The notes beneath the pieces were generated by a model. The model saw only the letters and a list, made by a program, of their open reading frames with translations. It had not been told where the DNA came from and made no database searches. Positions 1-9,664 of a stretch of DNA of 64,000 bases are shown here, piece by piece. The stretch lies in the NCBI GenBank assembly GCA_016934335.1, contig JAFGTC010000267.1, positions 10-64,009 of the forward strand, written 5' to 3'. This DNA is from Candidatus Omnitrophota bacterium. GTDB lineage: Bacteria; Hinthialibacterota; Hinthialibacteria; Hinthialibacterales; Hinthialibacteraceae. A program made the translations under genes and the position numbers. How positions within the stretch are numbered: position 1 is the first letter of the stretch; each line of letters opens with the position of its first letter.

Positions 1-123
1 ATCTTCAAAAATAAAGAAATTATTCAGAAAATCACCTCGTGAGATTTCATTCCTCGAGGCATTTTGCAAGAAGCTCTATCGCAATGATTTGTGGAACAGC
101 TAAGGTAAAAAAATTTGCTAATC

Positions 124-1278
124 ATGAACACGAAGCCGCATGTCGTCTTATTAAACAAAGCTTTTCCTCCCTGGATCGGCGGTATTGAAAAGCACGTGCA
201 CGACATCGGCGCGGCTCTCGCCGCGAGAGGTTGGCGCGTCACCGCCCTGGTCTGTAATGATCGGCGCCTCGAGATCCGGGAAAAGCGCGACGGCATGAAC
301 GTGATCCGCGCTCCCCAATGGATGCGCGTCTTTTCTCAACCGATCGTTCATGGCTATTTTCGCGCCTTACAAGACGCCCGGCCCGATCTCGTCCATGTGC
401 ATGTTCCATTTCCCTTGGGATGGTTCTCCGTGCGCCATATCCATGCAGGCGCGCCTCTCGTCAGCACCTGGCACAGCGACATCATCCGCCAGCGGCTTCT
501 TATGCCTTTTCTATGGATATTTCAAAAGCGCTTTCTAGACCGATGCAATCGAATCATCCCCACATCGCAGCCGCTCCTCGATCATTCCAAAGATTTGCAG
601 CCTTATCGCGATAAATGCTCCGTCATCCCCCTGGCTCTCCCGCCGGCGGATTCCTCCCTTCAGCCGTCGATCGAACGCCATCAAGAGAAATTCCAAAAAC
701 AATTCCCCGGGAAAATGATACTTTTCGTGGGGAGGTTGGTCGGCTATAAAGGCTTGTCCTATTTGATCGAAGCCATGCAGCAGATCGAGGCGAATCTTTG
801 CATCGCCGGAGACGGCGCCCTGAAGGAATCGCTCCGCCGCCAATGCAGAAAACGAGGCGTTGAATCAAAAGTCGTCTTTTTAGGATCGATCAGCGAAGCA
901 GAAAAATACGCTCTCTACCGAACGGCGGATGTTTTTGCGCTTCCCTCAATTTCCCGCAACGAAGCGTTTGGGTATGTTTTACTGGAGGCGATGGAGCAGG
1001 GATGCCCGGTGATTTCGACCGATCTTCCAACCGGCGTGCAATTCGTCAACCGGCATGAAGAATCGGGTTTTGTCGTCCCCTCCCATGACGCTCATGCGCT
1101 TGCTCATGCGATCCAACAAATTCTTCAGGACGCCGGTCTTCGAAACAAACTTTCCCATGGCGCCCGGGAGCGGATTCGCCGATTGTTCCGCTTCGAATCC
1201 ATGATCGATCAATTGGAAAACGTGTACGAAGAAGCGCTTCAGTCTGCAGGGTCAAGTATCTCTACTTTACAAACCTGA
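124..1278 (+). CDS. Glycosyltransferase family 4 (GT-B fold)
   Basis: C-terminal GT4/GT1 motif EAFGYVLLEAMEQGCPVISTD. The ORF opens with TTG at 115; the first ATG, at 124, is used here. Confidence 0.7.
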   Translation: MNTKPHVVLLNKAFPPWIGGIEKHVHDIGAALAARGWRVTALVCNDRRLEIREKRDGMNVIRAPQWMRVFSQPIVHGYFRALQDARPDLVHVHVPFPLGWFSVRHIHAGAPLVSTWHSDIIRQRLLMPFLWIFQKRFLDRCNRIIPTSQPLLDHSKDLQPYRDKCSVIPLALPPADSSLQPSIERHQEKFQKQFPGKMILFVGRLVGYKGLSYLIEAMQQIEANLCIAGDGALKESLRRQCRKRGVESKVVFLGSISEAEKYALYRTADVFALPSISRNEAFGYVLLEAMEQGCPVISTDLPTGVQFVNRHEESGFVVPSHDAHALAHAIQQILQDAGLRNKLSHGARERIRRLFRFESMIDQLENVYEEALQSAGSSISTLQT

Positions 1279-1925
1279 TCGGCGAGCCGCGTAACTCGCC
1301 GCATCTCATCTTCAACGGCCAGCCGCTTCTCTTCCAATCCCTCGCCGTCAATCTCTTTGGGAACCTCGATCGGATTTCCAATCGCCAGATGAGTCGTCCC
1401 GAAAGGCAGGGGAAGCATAAACCGGTCCCAACTATGGAAGCGATAATTTCGAGTGCACGAAATACTGACGGGAACTACCGGAATACCGGACATTTTGGCT
1501 AAATGGATAATCCCCGGCTGAACGCACTCCCGCGGGCCGCGCGGGCCGTCCGGCGTGACGACTACACTGCCCCCCTGCTGCAGCCAATGCGCCAGCCCCA
1601 GCAAGCCGCTCGAACCGTTTCGGGATGTCGAGCCTCGCGCCGCATGAAATCCGAAGCGATTCATGACCTGCGTGAAATATTCCCCGTCCCGGCTGTTGCT
1701 GATGATCACTGCGATTCCATGGCGCCGAAAATAGAAGACCGGCAGCATGATCCGGCTGTGCCAGAGCGCAAAAATTTGCGGCCCTTTCTGCGCCCGAAAC
1801 CGGTCGACAAAATCGGGGTGATCGCACTTCAGCCGGTTGGTGCGGCCTGTTAACTGGATATAACACCAGGCTGGAATCGAGGCGGCTATGGGAGCGATGT
1901 TGTGTTGTTTCATGATCGAATTCAT
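1239..1925 (-). CDS. Lysophospholipid acyltransferase-like protein (DUF374 / LPLAT family)
   Basis: 228 aa; FALWHSR...VIISNSRDGEY...VVTPDGPRGP pattern typical of DUF374 acyltransferases. Its 3' end overlaps the convergent GT4 gene by about 40 nt. Confidence 0.45.
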   Translation of the reverse strand: MNSIMKQHNIAPIAASIPAWCYIQLTGRTNRLKCDHPDFVDRFRAQKGPQIFALWHSRIMLPVFYFRRHGIAVIISNSRDGEYFTQVMNRFGFHAARGSTSRNGSSGLLGLAHWLQQGGSVVVTPDGPRGPRECVQPGIIHLAKMSGIPVVPVSISCTRNYRFHSWDRFMLPLPFGTTHLAIGNPIEVPKEIDGEGLEEKRLAVEDEMRRVTRLADQVCKVEILDPAD

Positions 1926-1928
1926 GAT

Positions 1929-2807
1929 CTAACGAGCGCGCTTGATGGTCGTCCAATCGGAGCAGGATATCTCCGTTTGATCTCTACTATAGCGCGTTCG
2001 CCTCTGTAATTCCGCCTCTTTCATTTGAGTTTCTATGTGGACTTCGATCACATCGTTGGCGTCGCCGTGGAAAGTCGTCCATAACAGATGCAGCAGTTTC
2101 ACATCCTCCAGCTTCCAGCAGGCGGGCGCCGCATTATTTCTCGGATCGGGGATGCTGCGAGGGAAAAGATACAAGCAGGGCGGCGGCGTCAACTTTTGAT
2201 CTTGAATGTGGTTCAACCGCTCGGGCCGCTCCCGAATTTTCGGGCAGGGCCTTCCCTTCGTTCCGCAGACCATATCCCAGATGATCAATCCATCCACTTT
2301 TTGCTTCCGGTGGATAATCTCTGCGCTTAACCGCGTGTGGACGCCCGACCAGGCGTTATGGCGCGGATCCGAACCGGGATTCTGACAAAGCGACCAAATG
2401 ACAAACTCATCGGCGTGCGGCGGGCGTTCAAATATATTGGTGTTGTTGCCGTCCAGGCAGCCTTTCGTCTCCACTACGCTCAGCCAGCCGTCCAGCATTC
2501 TGACTTCATAATCGTGCCGGTCGACATTTCCCACAAATTTCCAGTCCGCGATTTGTCCTTTGCTCAACAAATCGTCAAATATCGTTTCCACAAAAAGACG
2601 CTTCTCTTTCATGGAAGCCGACTGCCGGCCACGGATGCGTTCGATGGCGCTGTGGAAAATGCCCGAATCCCAAAACTCTTCCGGATTCAATCCGTGATTT
2701 CCTATCGATGGGGCGGCGTTTCTTAAGTCGTCTGAGTAGGTCTGAATCTGTTTCTTCGTTACAGGTAAAAGTTCGCAGAAGATGATTGGTTTTTTCGATG
2801 ATGTCAT
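1929..2807 (-). CDS. Hypothetical protein; candidate Type II restriction endonuclease partner of the adjacent C5-methyltransferase
   Basis: 292 aa with no recognisable motif. It sits immediately downstream of the methyltransferase on the same strand (stop of one at 2808, start of the other at 2807) in a vsr-MTase-X cassette. The call rests on position only. Confidence 0.3.
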   Translation of the reverse strand: MTSSKKPIIFCELLPVTKKQIQTYSDDLRNAAPSIGNHGLNPEEFWDSGIFHSAIERIRGRQSASMKEKRLFVETIFDDLLSKGQIADWKFVGNVDRHDYEVRMLDGWLSVVETKGCLDGNNTNIFERPPHADEFVIWSLCQNPGSDPRHNAWSGVHTRLSAEIIHRKQKVDGLIIWDMVCGTKGRPCPKIRERPERLNHIQDQKLTPPPCLYLFPRSIPDPRNNAAPACWKLEDVKLLHLLWTTFHGDANDVIEVHIETQMKEAELQRRTRYSRDQTEISCSDWTTIKRAR

Positions 2808-3965
2808 TTAGGATCCCTCTAAAAGGCTTCGATTTTTTCGCACAATTGGATAGATGATTTTTTTCTCGATCCAGGATACGACCGGGACGACCACCCCATC
2901 GCCCACTAAGTGGTAGGCTTCATTATAATTGTCCGGCAGGGTATACGATTCCGGCACGCCCATCAAACGAGCCGCCTCGCGCGAGGAAAGCAGGCGCGAG
3001 CGAACCCTGCGGCCCTCGACGAACAAGAGAATTTGCCGGCTCGATCCTCCCGCCGGCGTGCGCAGGCAGCCGCTGATCTGATCGAATCGAACTTCCGCCC
3101 GCTGAATGTTCATGCCGTTTTTATCTCGCCGCGTCCGCCTGTACATCGCGCCGATCATTTTCGTTCCTTGGCTCTGCGCCGCCAGAACCTTCTCTCGATT
3201 GCGCTCCGACATCATATCGAGAAGGCGTTGGGTTTCCGGGGGGGAATGCCATTCGACATCCGGAGGATTCCGCTCCAGAATATCCGACAAAACCGTTTCT
3301 CTCTCAGGAGGGCTGGGGATGTTCCACCAGATCCATTGATCTTGCATCGCGGTCGGCAGCCGCCTGAAAGATCTCTGCAGCGATCTGGGATGCCATGCAT
3401 CGTCCGGCTTGTCTCTCATCAGATGGGGCGGTGGATTCATGCTATGTTTGAATGCGATTAAAAACAGCCGGGGCCTGGACTGCGGGACGAAATGAACGGC
3501 GTCCATGACCAGCGGACCGACTTTGTATCCTTCCTTCACGATCGACTCGATCAACGCCTGAAAATCCTTCCCCTGATTGGAAGTGATCGCTCCCACGACA
3601 TTCTCGACGACGATGATGGGGACCGGCCTGTTCTTTTTCCCCATTTCCATCATCAGATTCCAAAACGGCCAAAACGTGCCGCTGCGGTTTGCGTTCAATC
3701 CGTTTCGCTCTCCCGCCAGCGAGAGATCCTGGCAAGGGAAAGACGCCCAGGATAGCGCGGGCTTCCCTGGAAGATGCTCCAACCCGAGAACGGCGATGTC
3801 TTGGCAGACAAATTCGCTCGAAGATGGAAAATTGCGGACGTATGAATTCGATTTTTTTTGAGAATTGTCGTTTGCGAACAGACATTGCCAGCGGGCGCCA
3901 AGCCCGATGCGAGCCATGCCTCCCCCGGCAAAGAATTCATAAAATCCGTATTTTTTATTGCGCAT
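2808..3965 (-). CDS. dcm: DNA (cytosine-5)-methyltransferase
   Basis: Motif I FFAGGGMARIGLG, motif IV SFPCQDLSLAG (PCQ), motif VI IIVVENV, motif VIII QSRPRLF, and a C-terminal motif X-like segment (LVGDGVVVPVV, in place of the canonical GN). Confidence 0.85.
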   Translation of the reverse strand: MRNKKYGFYEFFAGGGMARIGLGARWQCLFANDNSQKKSNSYVRNFPSSSEFVCQDIAVLGLEHLPGKPALSWASFPCQDLSLAGERNGLNANRSGTFWPFWNLMMEMGKKNRPVPIIVVENVVGAITSNQGKDFQALIESIVKEGYKVGPLVMDAVHFVPQSRPRLFLIAFKHSMNPPPHLMRDKPDDAWHPRSLQRSFRRLPTAMQDQWIWWNIPSPPERETVLSDILERNPPDVEWHSPPETQRLLDMMSERNREKVLAAQSQGTKMIGAMYRRTRRDKNGMNIQRAEVRFDQISGCLRTPAGGSSRQILLFVEGRRVRSRLLSSREAARLMGVPESYTLPDNYNEAYHLVGDGVVVPVVSWIEKKIIYPIVRKNRSLLEGS

Positions 3966-4377
3966 GTTCGCTTTTCTCTAGGAATTCTACTATGCGTTTT
4001 CTCAGAGTGGATGAATCGGCAATTTGACATTCCCAAATGACCAGCGTTTCCCACCCCAGCTTTTTCAACATTCTTCGATTTTTCTTGTCTCTCGCTTTGT
4101 TCTTATCCAACTTAGCATCCCAATAATCCCGATTGCTTTGGGGGCGATTTTTCCCTGATCGGCAGTGGTGCCCGTGCCAAAAACATCCATGGATAAATAT
4201 AACTTTACGGAATTTAGGGAAAACCAGATCGGGATTTCCGGGAAGATCCCGCCGGTGAAGCCGAAATCGATACCCCATTCGATGGATCAGTCGGCGTACG
4301 GCGATCTCCGGCTTCGTATCCTTGCTTTTGATGCGAGCCATCGTCTTCTTGCGTTGATCCGGCGTTAAGTTATCCAT
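3955..4377 (-). CDS. vsr: Very short patch repair endonuclease (Vsr)
   Basis: 140 aa with the classic Vsr core DTKPEIAVRRLIHRMGYRFRLHRRDLPGNPDLVFPKFRKVIFIHGCFWHGH. It overlaps the methyltransferase start by 11 nt. Confidence 0.85.
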   Translation of the reverse strand: MDNLTPDQRKKTMARIKSKDTKPEIAVRRLIHRMGYRFRLHRRDLPGNPDLVFPKFRKVIFIHGCFWHGHHCRSGKNRPQSNRDYWDAKLDKNKARDKKNRRMLKKLGWETLVIWECQIADSSTLRKRIVEFLEKSEHAQ

Positions 4378-4459
4378 CCCTGCTCATTAGGTTTTTTCCG
4401 TAAATTATACCCACTATAACATGATTTGAGTGTGAACAAAAACCGTGGTAACTGTTTGG

Positions 4460-4927
4460 CTACTCCGAGCGGCGTATTTCTCTCTCGATATCGCGCTTTT
4501 TGATGTCTTCTCGCTTATCGTACAATTTTTTTCCCTGAACCAAAGCGATGTCGACCTTGACGCGTCCGTTGACAAAATACATTTTTAGAGGAACCAGCGT
4601 GAGTCCCTTGATTTGCACTTTACTGAAAAGCCGGATGATTTCTCGCTTGTGCATCAACAGTTTTCGAGGGCGCAGGGGTTCGTGATTGGCGTAATTGCCG
4701 TGCGAATATGGGCTGATATGGCAGTCGCAGAGAAACATTTCGCCTTGACGGATGCTGGCGAAACTCTCTCCTAAATTGACCCGCCCCTCCCGGATCGACT
4801 TGACTTCAGTCCCTTGCAGCACGATTCCCGCCTGCATGGTTTCAAGAATATGATATTGAAACCGCGCCTTACGGTTCGTTGCGGCGATTTTATAACGTTC
4901 AGATGATTTCGCTGATTTCGCTGTCAT
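4460..4927 (-). CDS. smpB: SsrA-binding protein SmpB
   Basis: 155 aa; KARFQYHILETMQAGIVLQGTEVKSIREGRVNLGESFA...KRKLLMHKREI is the conserved SmpB pattern. Confidence 0.85.
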   Translation of the reverse strand: MTAKSAKSSERYKIAATNRKARFQYHILETMQAGIVLQGTEVKSIREGRVNLGESFASIRQGEMFLCDCHISPYSHGNYANHEPLRPRKLLMHKREIIRLFSKVQIKGLTLVPLKMYFVNGRVKVDIALVQGKKLYDKREDIKKRDIEREIRRSE

Positions 4928-5206
4928 TTTACAAATGCTCTGTATAAAAAATTTTTCGATTCCGTGATTTCCGCGTGGCGATTCTATTTATCAATTTCTC
5001 GTGGATTTTATCCCGATAAATAGTACCCATTTTTCTCTATTATAGGGAGATGAACGCCCTTTTTTTAAGAACGGCGGCCATCTTGACGAATAGCCCGTTA
5101 AGAACGAAGATTGCCTTTTACCCTTTCATAACGTTTAACTCAATTATAATCGATAACTTATATCTTTATCATTTTCAATCCAATTAAGAAAAGATCGCTT
5201 CGAATA

Positions 5207-6523
5207 ATGAAAGAAAAATTGATCGAACAATTTCATAGTAAAAAAGCGGTTCTCGGAATCATCGGGCTGGGATATGTCGGATTGCCTATTGTCTTGGAAA
5301 CAACTCGCTCAGGATTCAAGACTATCGGTTTCGATATCGATCCTAAAAAAGTAGAGCAGCTCCAAAAGGGATGCTCATACATCCATCATATCCCTTCCGA
5401 TAAAATTCAATCCCTGCGCCAGAGCGGCCTTTTTGAAGCGACTACCGATTACAGTCGCCTGCAGGAAGTGGATGGCGTCATCATCTGCGTCCCCACCCCG
5501 CTGAATGAATATCGCGAACCCGACTTGTCGGCCATTGACGCCACCGCAGACGCCATCGCCGATCATCTTCGCGCAGGGCAGCTGATAGTTCTTGAAAGCA
5601 CTACCTATCCCGGTACAACCGACGAACGAATCCGCCCCAAATTTGAAGCGAAAGGATTCCGGATTGGGCGGGATGTCTTCCTGGCCTATTCTCCCGAGCG
5701 CGAAGATCCCGGCCGCAAGGACTTCACCACCCGCACCATCCCCAAAGTGTTCGGTGGATGCACCCCCGAATGCAATGAGGTCGGATTGGCGCTTTACTCC
5801 CAATTGTTCGATCGCTTGATTCCCGTCTCATCCACCCAAGCGGCCGAGATGACGAAATTGTTGGAGAATATTTACCGGGCTGTCAACATCGCATTGGTCA
5901 ACGAACTCAAAATGCTGGGCGATCGCATGAATCTCGACATCTGGGAAGTGATCGACGCCGCTTCCTCCAAGCCCTTTGGATTCCACCCGTTCTATCCCGG
6001 ACCTGGACTCGGCGGCCATTGCATCCCCATCGATCCTTTTTATTTGACTTGGAAGGCGCGCGAGGTAGAATTTTCTACGCGGTTCATTGAACTGGCCGGT
6101 GAAATCAATACAGGCATGCCCCGCTTTGTCGTCATGAAATTAGTCGAAGCTCTTTCCGAACAGGGAATCTCGATTAAAGGCGCAAAAATTCTTGTTTTAG
6201 GAGTAGCGTATAAACCCAATATCGATGATGTGCGCGAGTCGCCCGCTTTGAAAGTGGTTGAATTGATGCGCGAATGGGATATGGCTGTGGATTACCACGA
6301 TCCCTACGTACCGGTCTATCCCAAATCTCGCAAAGGCGATTTGGGATTGTCGTCCATTGAATTGACAGAAGAAGTCGTCCGGCGCCATGACGCGATATTG
6401 ATCTTGACCGATCATTCCGACATTGATTATCAATGGATTGTCGATCACGCCAAAATCGTGATCGATACTCGCAACGCAACCAAAAACGCGAAAAACAATC
6501 GAAAGAATATCGTCAAAGCATGA
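5207..6523 (+). CDS. Nucleotide-sugar dehydrogenase (UDP-glucose/GDP-mannose dehydrogenase family)
   Basis: N-terminal Rossmann GIIGLGYVGLP, a central catalytic region containing the CPGPGLGGHCIP cysteine motif (Cys in GGHCIP), and a C-terminal UDP-binding domain. Confidence 0.8.
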   Translation: MKEKLIEQFHSKKAVLGIIGLGYVGLPIVLETTRSGFKTIGFDIDPKKVEQLQKGCSYIHHIPSDKIQSLRQSGLFEATTDYSRLQEVDGVIICVPTPLNEYREPDLSAIDATADAIADHLRAGQLIVLESTTYPGTTDERIRPKFEAKGFRIGRDVFLAYSPEREDPGRKDFTTRTIPKVFGGCTPECNEVGLALYSQLFDRLIPVSSTQAAEMTKLLENIYRAVNIALVNELKMLGDRMNLDIWEVIDAASSKPFGFHPFYPGPGLGGHCIPIDPFYLTWKAREVEFSTRFIELAGEINTGMPRFVVMKLVEALSEQGISIKGAKILVLGVAYKPNIDDVRESPALKVVELMREWDMAVDYHDPYVPVYPKSRKGDLGLSSIELTEEVVRRHDAILILTDHSDIDYQWIVDHAKIVIDTRNATKNAKNNRKNIVKA

Positions 6524-6600
6524 TTTTTTAGAATTTTCCAGAATATTTTTTGAAAAAAAGTAAGAATAAGAATCATTATTAATTTTTGTGAATATAATAA

Positions 6601-7437
6601 ATGAGAACCATGACGGACCGCTCCCGAGATTCCAAAGAAGAACGCCTTAAGCGTTATTACCAAACCAGCGTTCGCTATCGGGACGATCTCATAACGCACG
6701 GCGAATCGTTTTTAAATCCCTTTCTCATTTTAATCGATCGATATTTGGATAAAGGGGCTCAAATTCTCGATTTAGGCTGCGGAACCGGCCTCTCGACGCG
6801 TTTGTTGACTCAAAATGGCTATGACTCATGCGGCCTTGACCTTTCTCCGCTATTTTTAAGCGTTGAAAAGCGCGAGCATCCTGAAACCGACTTGATCGCC
6901 GGCGACGCATTGCAGCTTCCCTTTGAAGATTCCACTTTCGATGCGGTTGTCGCTTTCGAGTTTATCGAACATATCCCTAATGTTCCTAAACTATTAGACG
7001 AAATTCTGCGCGTCTTGAAGGATCGAGGATACATCATTTTTCACTCTCCCAACTTGATATCCCCCTATCTCCCGGCCTTCGACCTCCTACGCTTATTGCT
7101 CGGGAAAGAGGGTCGGCCGGTTTTTGCCGAGACATTACCGCAAGCTTTTCAGTGGCTTAGGAAAAATCTCCTTTTGTCTCTGAAGAAAAAATTCTCTCTG
7201 CGCCCCGAGTTCCTTTATCGCGAACCAGATCTCACCGAAAAGCGAATCGGCGGCGATTCCGACAGCGTCTACTTGGCCAATCCCATGGATTTGGCCCAAT
7301 ATCTGCATTCGAAGGGATGCGCCATCGACAACCGCGCGCATGCGATGAGCTGGAAAAATAAATTCCTGGCGGCGATAACGCCCAATTGGGCGCCCTACAT
7401 CGGTTTGGTCGCGCATAAAATTCCTCATTCCGGATAA
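6601..7437 (+). CDS. Class I SAM-dependent methyltransferase
   Basis: Motif I ILDLGCGTGLSTRLL and motif II/post-I DAVVAFEFIEHIP. Confidence 0.65.
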   Translation: MRTMTDRSRDSKEERLKRYYQTSVRYRDDLITHGESFLNPFLILIDRYLDKGAQILDLGCGTGLSTRLLTQNGYDSCGLDLSPLFLSVEKREHPETDLIAGDALQLPFEDSTFDAVVAFEFIEHIPNVPKLLDEILRVLKDRGYIIFHSPNLISPYLPAFDLLRLLLGKEGRPVFAETLPQAFQWLRKNLLLSLKKKFSLRPEFLYREPDLTEKRIGGDSDSVYLANPMDLAQYLHSKGCAIDNRAHAMSWKNKFLAAITPNWAPYIGLVAHKIPHSG

Positions 7438-7459
7438 AATAATTAGAAGCGAGCGAAGC

Positions 7460-8254
7460 ATGGCGGTTTTGAAATCCATCAATCTGAAAAAACAATACGG
7501 CTCGAAAACAGTCGTCAACGATGTCAGCGTCGCCGTCGCCAGCAGCGAAATTGTAGGACTGCTTGGACCCAATGGGGCGGGGAAAACGACCACCTTCGGC
7601 ATGATCATGGGGATCATCCGGCCGGATGTCGGGCGCATTGAACTCGACGGCATCGATATCACCCACCGCCCCTTATCGCGCCGCGCCCGCATGGGGATCG
7701 GTTATCTTTCGCAGGAGCCTTCCATCTTTCGGCGTTTGACGGTTTATCAAAATGTCATGGTAGTTTTGGAAAATATGCCGCTGAATGCGAGAGATCGAAA
7801 AGAATCCTGCCAGCGGTTATTGGATGAATCCGAACTGTCGCATTTGAGCCATCAAAAAGCGGAAACCCTTTCGGGCGGCGAAAAGAGGCGCTTGGAAATC
7901 TGCCGCGCGCTCGCCGCCCGCCCGCGCATCATTCTCTTGGACGAGCCGTTTTCCGGCGTCGATCCGATCGCCGTCAGTGAATTGCAGGAAATTATTTTGC
8001 AGATGAAAAAGCGACGCATCGGCGTTTTAATAACCGATCACAGCGTTCGCGAAACGCTCGAAGTAACCGACCGCGCCTACATCATGCACCAGGGCGTCAT
8101 TCTCACGCAGGGATCAGCCGCTCAATTGATCAACGACCCCATCGTTCGCCAAACCTATCTCGGGGAAAATTTTTACTTCAAAAAGACCAAAAAGAGCGAA
8201 TCTTCTTCAAAACGAAAAAAGAACGATGACGACACACTATTTAAACTGACATAA
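7460..8254 (+). CDS. lptB: LPS export ABC transporter ATP-binding protein LptB-like
   Basis: Walker A GPNGAGKTT, ABC signature LSGGEKRRLEICRALA, Walker B ILLDEPFSGVD. It carries an unusual Lys/Ser-rich C-terminal tail (KKTKKSESSSKRKKNDDD). Confidence 0.65.
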   Translation: MAVLKSINLKKQYGSKTVVNDVSVAVASSEIVGLLGPNGAGKTTTFGMIMGIIRPDVGRIELDGIDITHRPLSRRARMGIGYLSQEPSIFRRLTVYQNVMVVLENMPLNARDRKESCQRLLDESELSHLSHQKAETLSGGEKRRLEICRALAARPRIILLDEPFSGVDPIAVSELQEIILQMKKRRIGVLITDHSVRETLEVTDRAYIMHQGVILTQGSAAQLINDPIVRQTYLGENFYFKKTKKSESSSKRKKNDDDTLFKLT

Positions 8255-8302
8255 GTCCTGACTGACTGGGATGCAGAACGGCGGCCGATCGAAAAAAGAT
8301 CC

Positions 8303-9664
8303 ATGAGTGATTTCACTACTTCGCAGTCTTTGGAAATTATTCTCGATTCGATTGCGGACGGCGTGTTTACCGTCGATCCCCAGTGGAGGATCACATCCTT
8401 CAATCGAGCGGCGGAATCCATTCTCGGCATTCCTCGCGAAGAGGCGGTGGGAGTGCCTTGCTGCGAAGTATTCCGCTCCAGCATCTGTGAAAGTCAGTGC
8501 GCTCTCAAAGAAACGCTCGATACGGGGAAATCGATCATCAACAAGACCATCTATGTGATCAATGTTATGGGCGAACGCATTCCGATCAGCATATCCACCG
8601 CGATCTTAAAGGATAAAGAAGGCCGCATGATCGGCGGCGTCGAAACATTCCGCGATTTGAGTCAGGTCGAGGAACTTCGTAAAGAACTTTCCCAAAAATA
8701 TTCGTTTTCCGACATCATCGGCCGGAGCGCCTCCATGCGGAAAATCTTCGATATTCTTCCCCAAATTGCCCAAAGCGACGCAACCGTTCTGCTGCTGGGC
8801 GAGAGCGGAACGGGAAAGGAACTGTTCGCGCGAGCCATCCATCAATTGTCTTCTCGCCATAAAAAAAATTTTGTCACCGTGAACTGCGGCGCTTTGCCCG
8901 ATACTCTCTTGGAATCCGAACTTTTCGGCTATATGGCGGGTGCTTTCACCGATGCCAAGCGCGATAAGCAGGGGCGTTTTTCATTGGCTCATCAAGGCAC
9001 AATGTTTCTGGATGAAATCGGCGACATCTCTCCCGCCATGCAGACGCGGCTGCTTCGCGTGCTTCAGGAAAAAACCATCGAGCCGCTCGGTTCATCCAAA
9101 ACCGTCCACGTCGACGTTCGCGTGATCGCAGCGACCAACAAGGATTTAAACCAGGAAGTGAAGGAAGGTAATTTTCGCGAGGATTTGTTCTATCGCATTA
9201 ACGTCATCCGCATCGTCATTCCCCCTCTGCGGGAGCGCAAAGAGGATCTTCCGCTTTTGATTCAGCATTTTATGTCGAAATATAATCGTTTGCACAACAA
9301 GAATATTTCCAGCGTCTCCGATTCGGTCCTGGCGGCGTTAATGAGTCATGGCTATCCGGGAAACGTGAGAGAATTGGAAAACATTCTCGAACACGCCGCC
9401 GTTTTATGCAGCGGCGGGATGATCGAAATGTCCCATCTGCCCTCTCCATTCAATGCGGAAGCATCATCCCATGCTGTCGAAGGAGGAAAAAGTTTAACAT
9501 TGAAGGAGTTGGAAGCGCTGCACATCAAGCGCTCCATCCAACAGCATCATGGAAATCGCACCGCCGCCGCCAAAGCCTTGGGCATCCATCCCAGCACCCT
9601 CTTCCGAAAAATCCACGCTCTCGGCATTGAACTGCCTGAACATGACGGCCGATTTAGAAAATAG
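8303..9664 (+). CDS. Sigma-54-dependent transcriptional activator (PAS - AAA+ - Fis-type HTH), no receiver domain
   Basis: N-terminal PAS (DGVFTVDPQWRITSFNRAAESILG) with a Cys cluster PCCEVFRSSICESQC. AAA+ Walker A GESGTGKE, the GAFTGA-like loop as GAFTDA, and an ESELFGY motif. C-terminal HTH AAKALGIHPSTLFRK. Confidence 0.85.
   Translation: MSDFTTSQSLEIILDSIADGVFTVDPQWRITSFNRAAESILGIPREEAVGVPCCEVFRSSICESQCALKETLDTGKSIINKTIYVINVMGERIPISISTAILKDKEGRMIGGVETFRDLSQVEELRKELSQKYSFSDIIGRSASMRKIFDILPQIAQSDATVLLLGESGTGKELFARAIHQLSSRHKKNFVTVNCGALPDTLLESELFGYMAGAFTDAKRDKQGRFSLAHQGTMFLDEIGDISPAMQTRLLRVLQEKTIEPLGSSKTVHVDVRVIAATNKDLNQEVKEGNFREDLFYRINVIRIVIPPLRERKEDLPLLIQHFMSKYNRLHNKNISSVSDSVLAALMSHGYPGNVRELENILEHAAVLCSGGMIEMSHLPSPFNAEASSHAVEGGKSLTLKELEALHIKRSIQQHHGNRTAAAKALGIHPSTLFRKIHALGIELPEHDGRFRK

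Noticed and set aside
4928-5206. Looked for a tmRNA (ssrA) or tRNA-like element next to smpB and throughout the window (GGTTCGAATCC-type T-loop)
   Set aside because: No T-loop/acceptor pattern was found. The only GGATTCGATCC-like strings lie inside the pilB/pilB2 coding regions (encoding GFDP).
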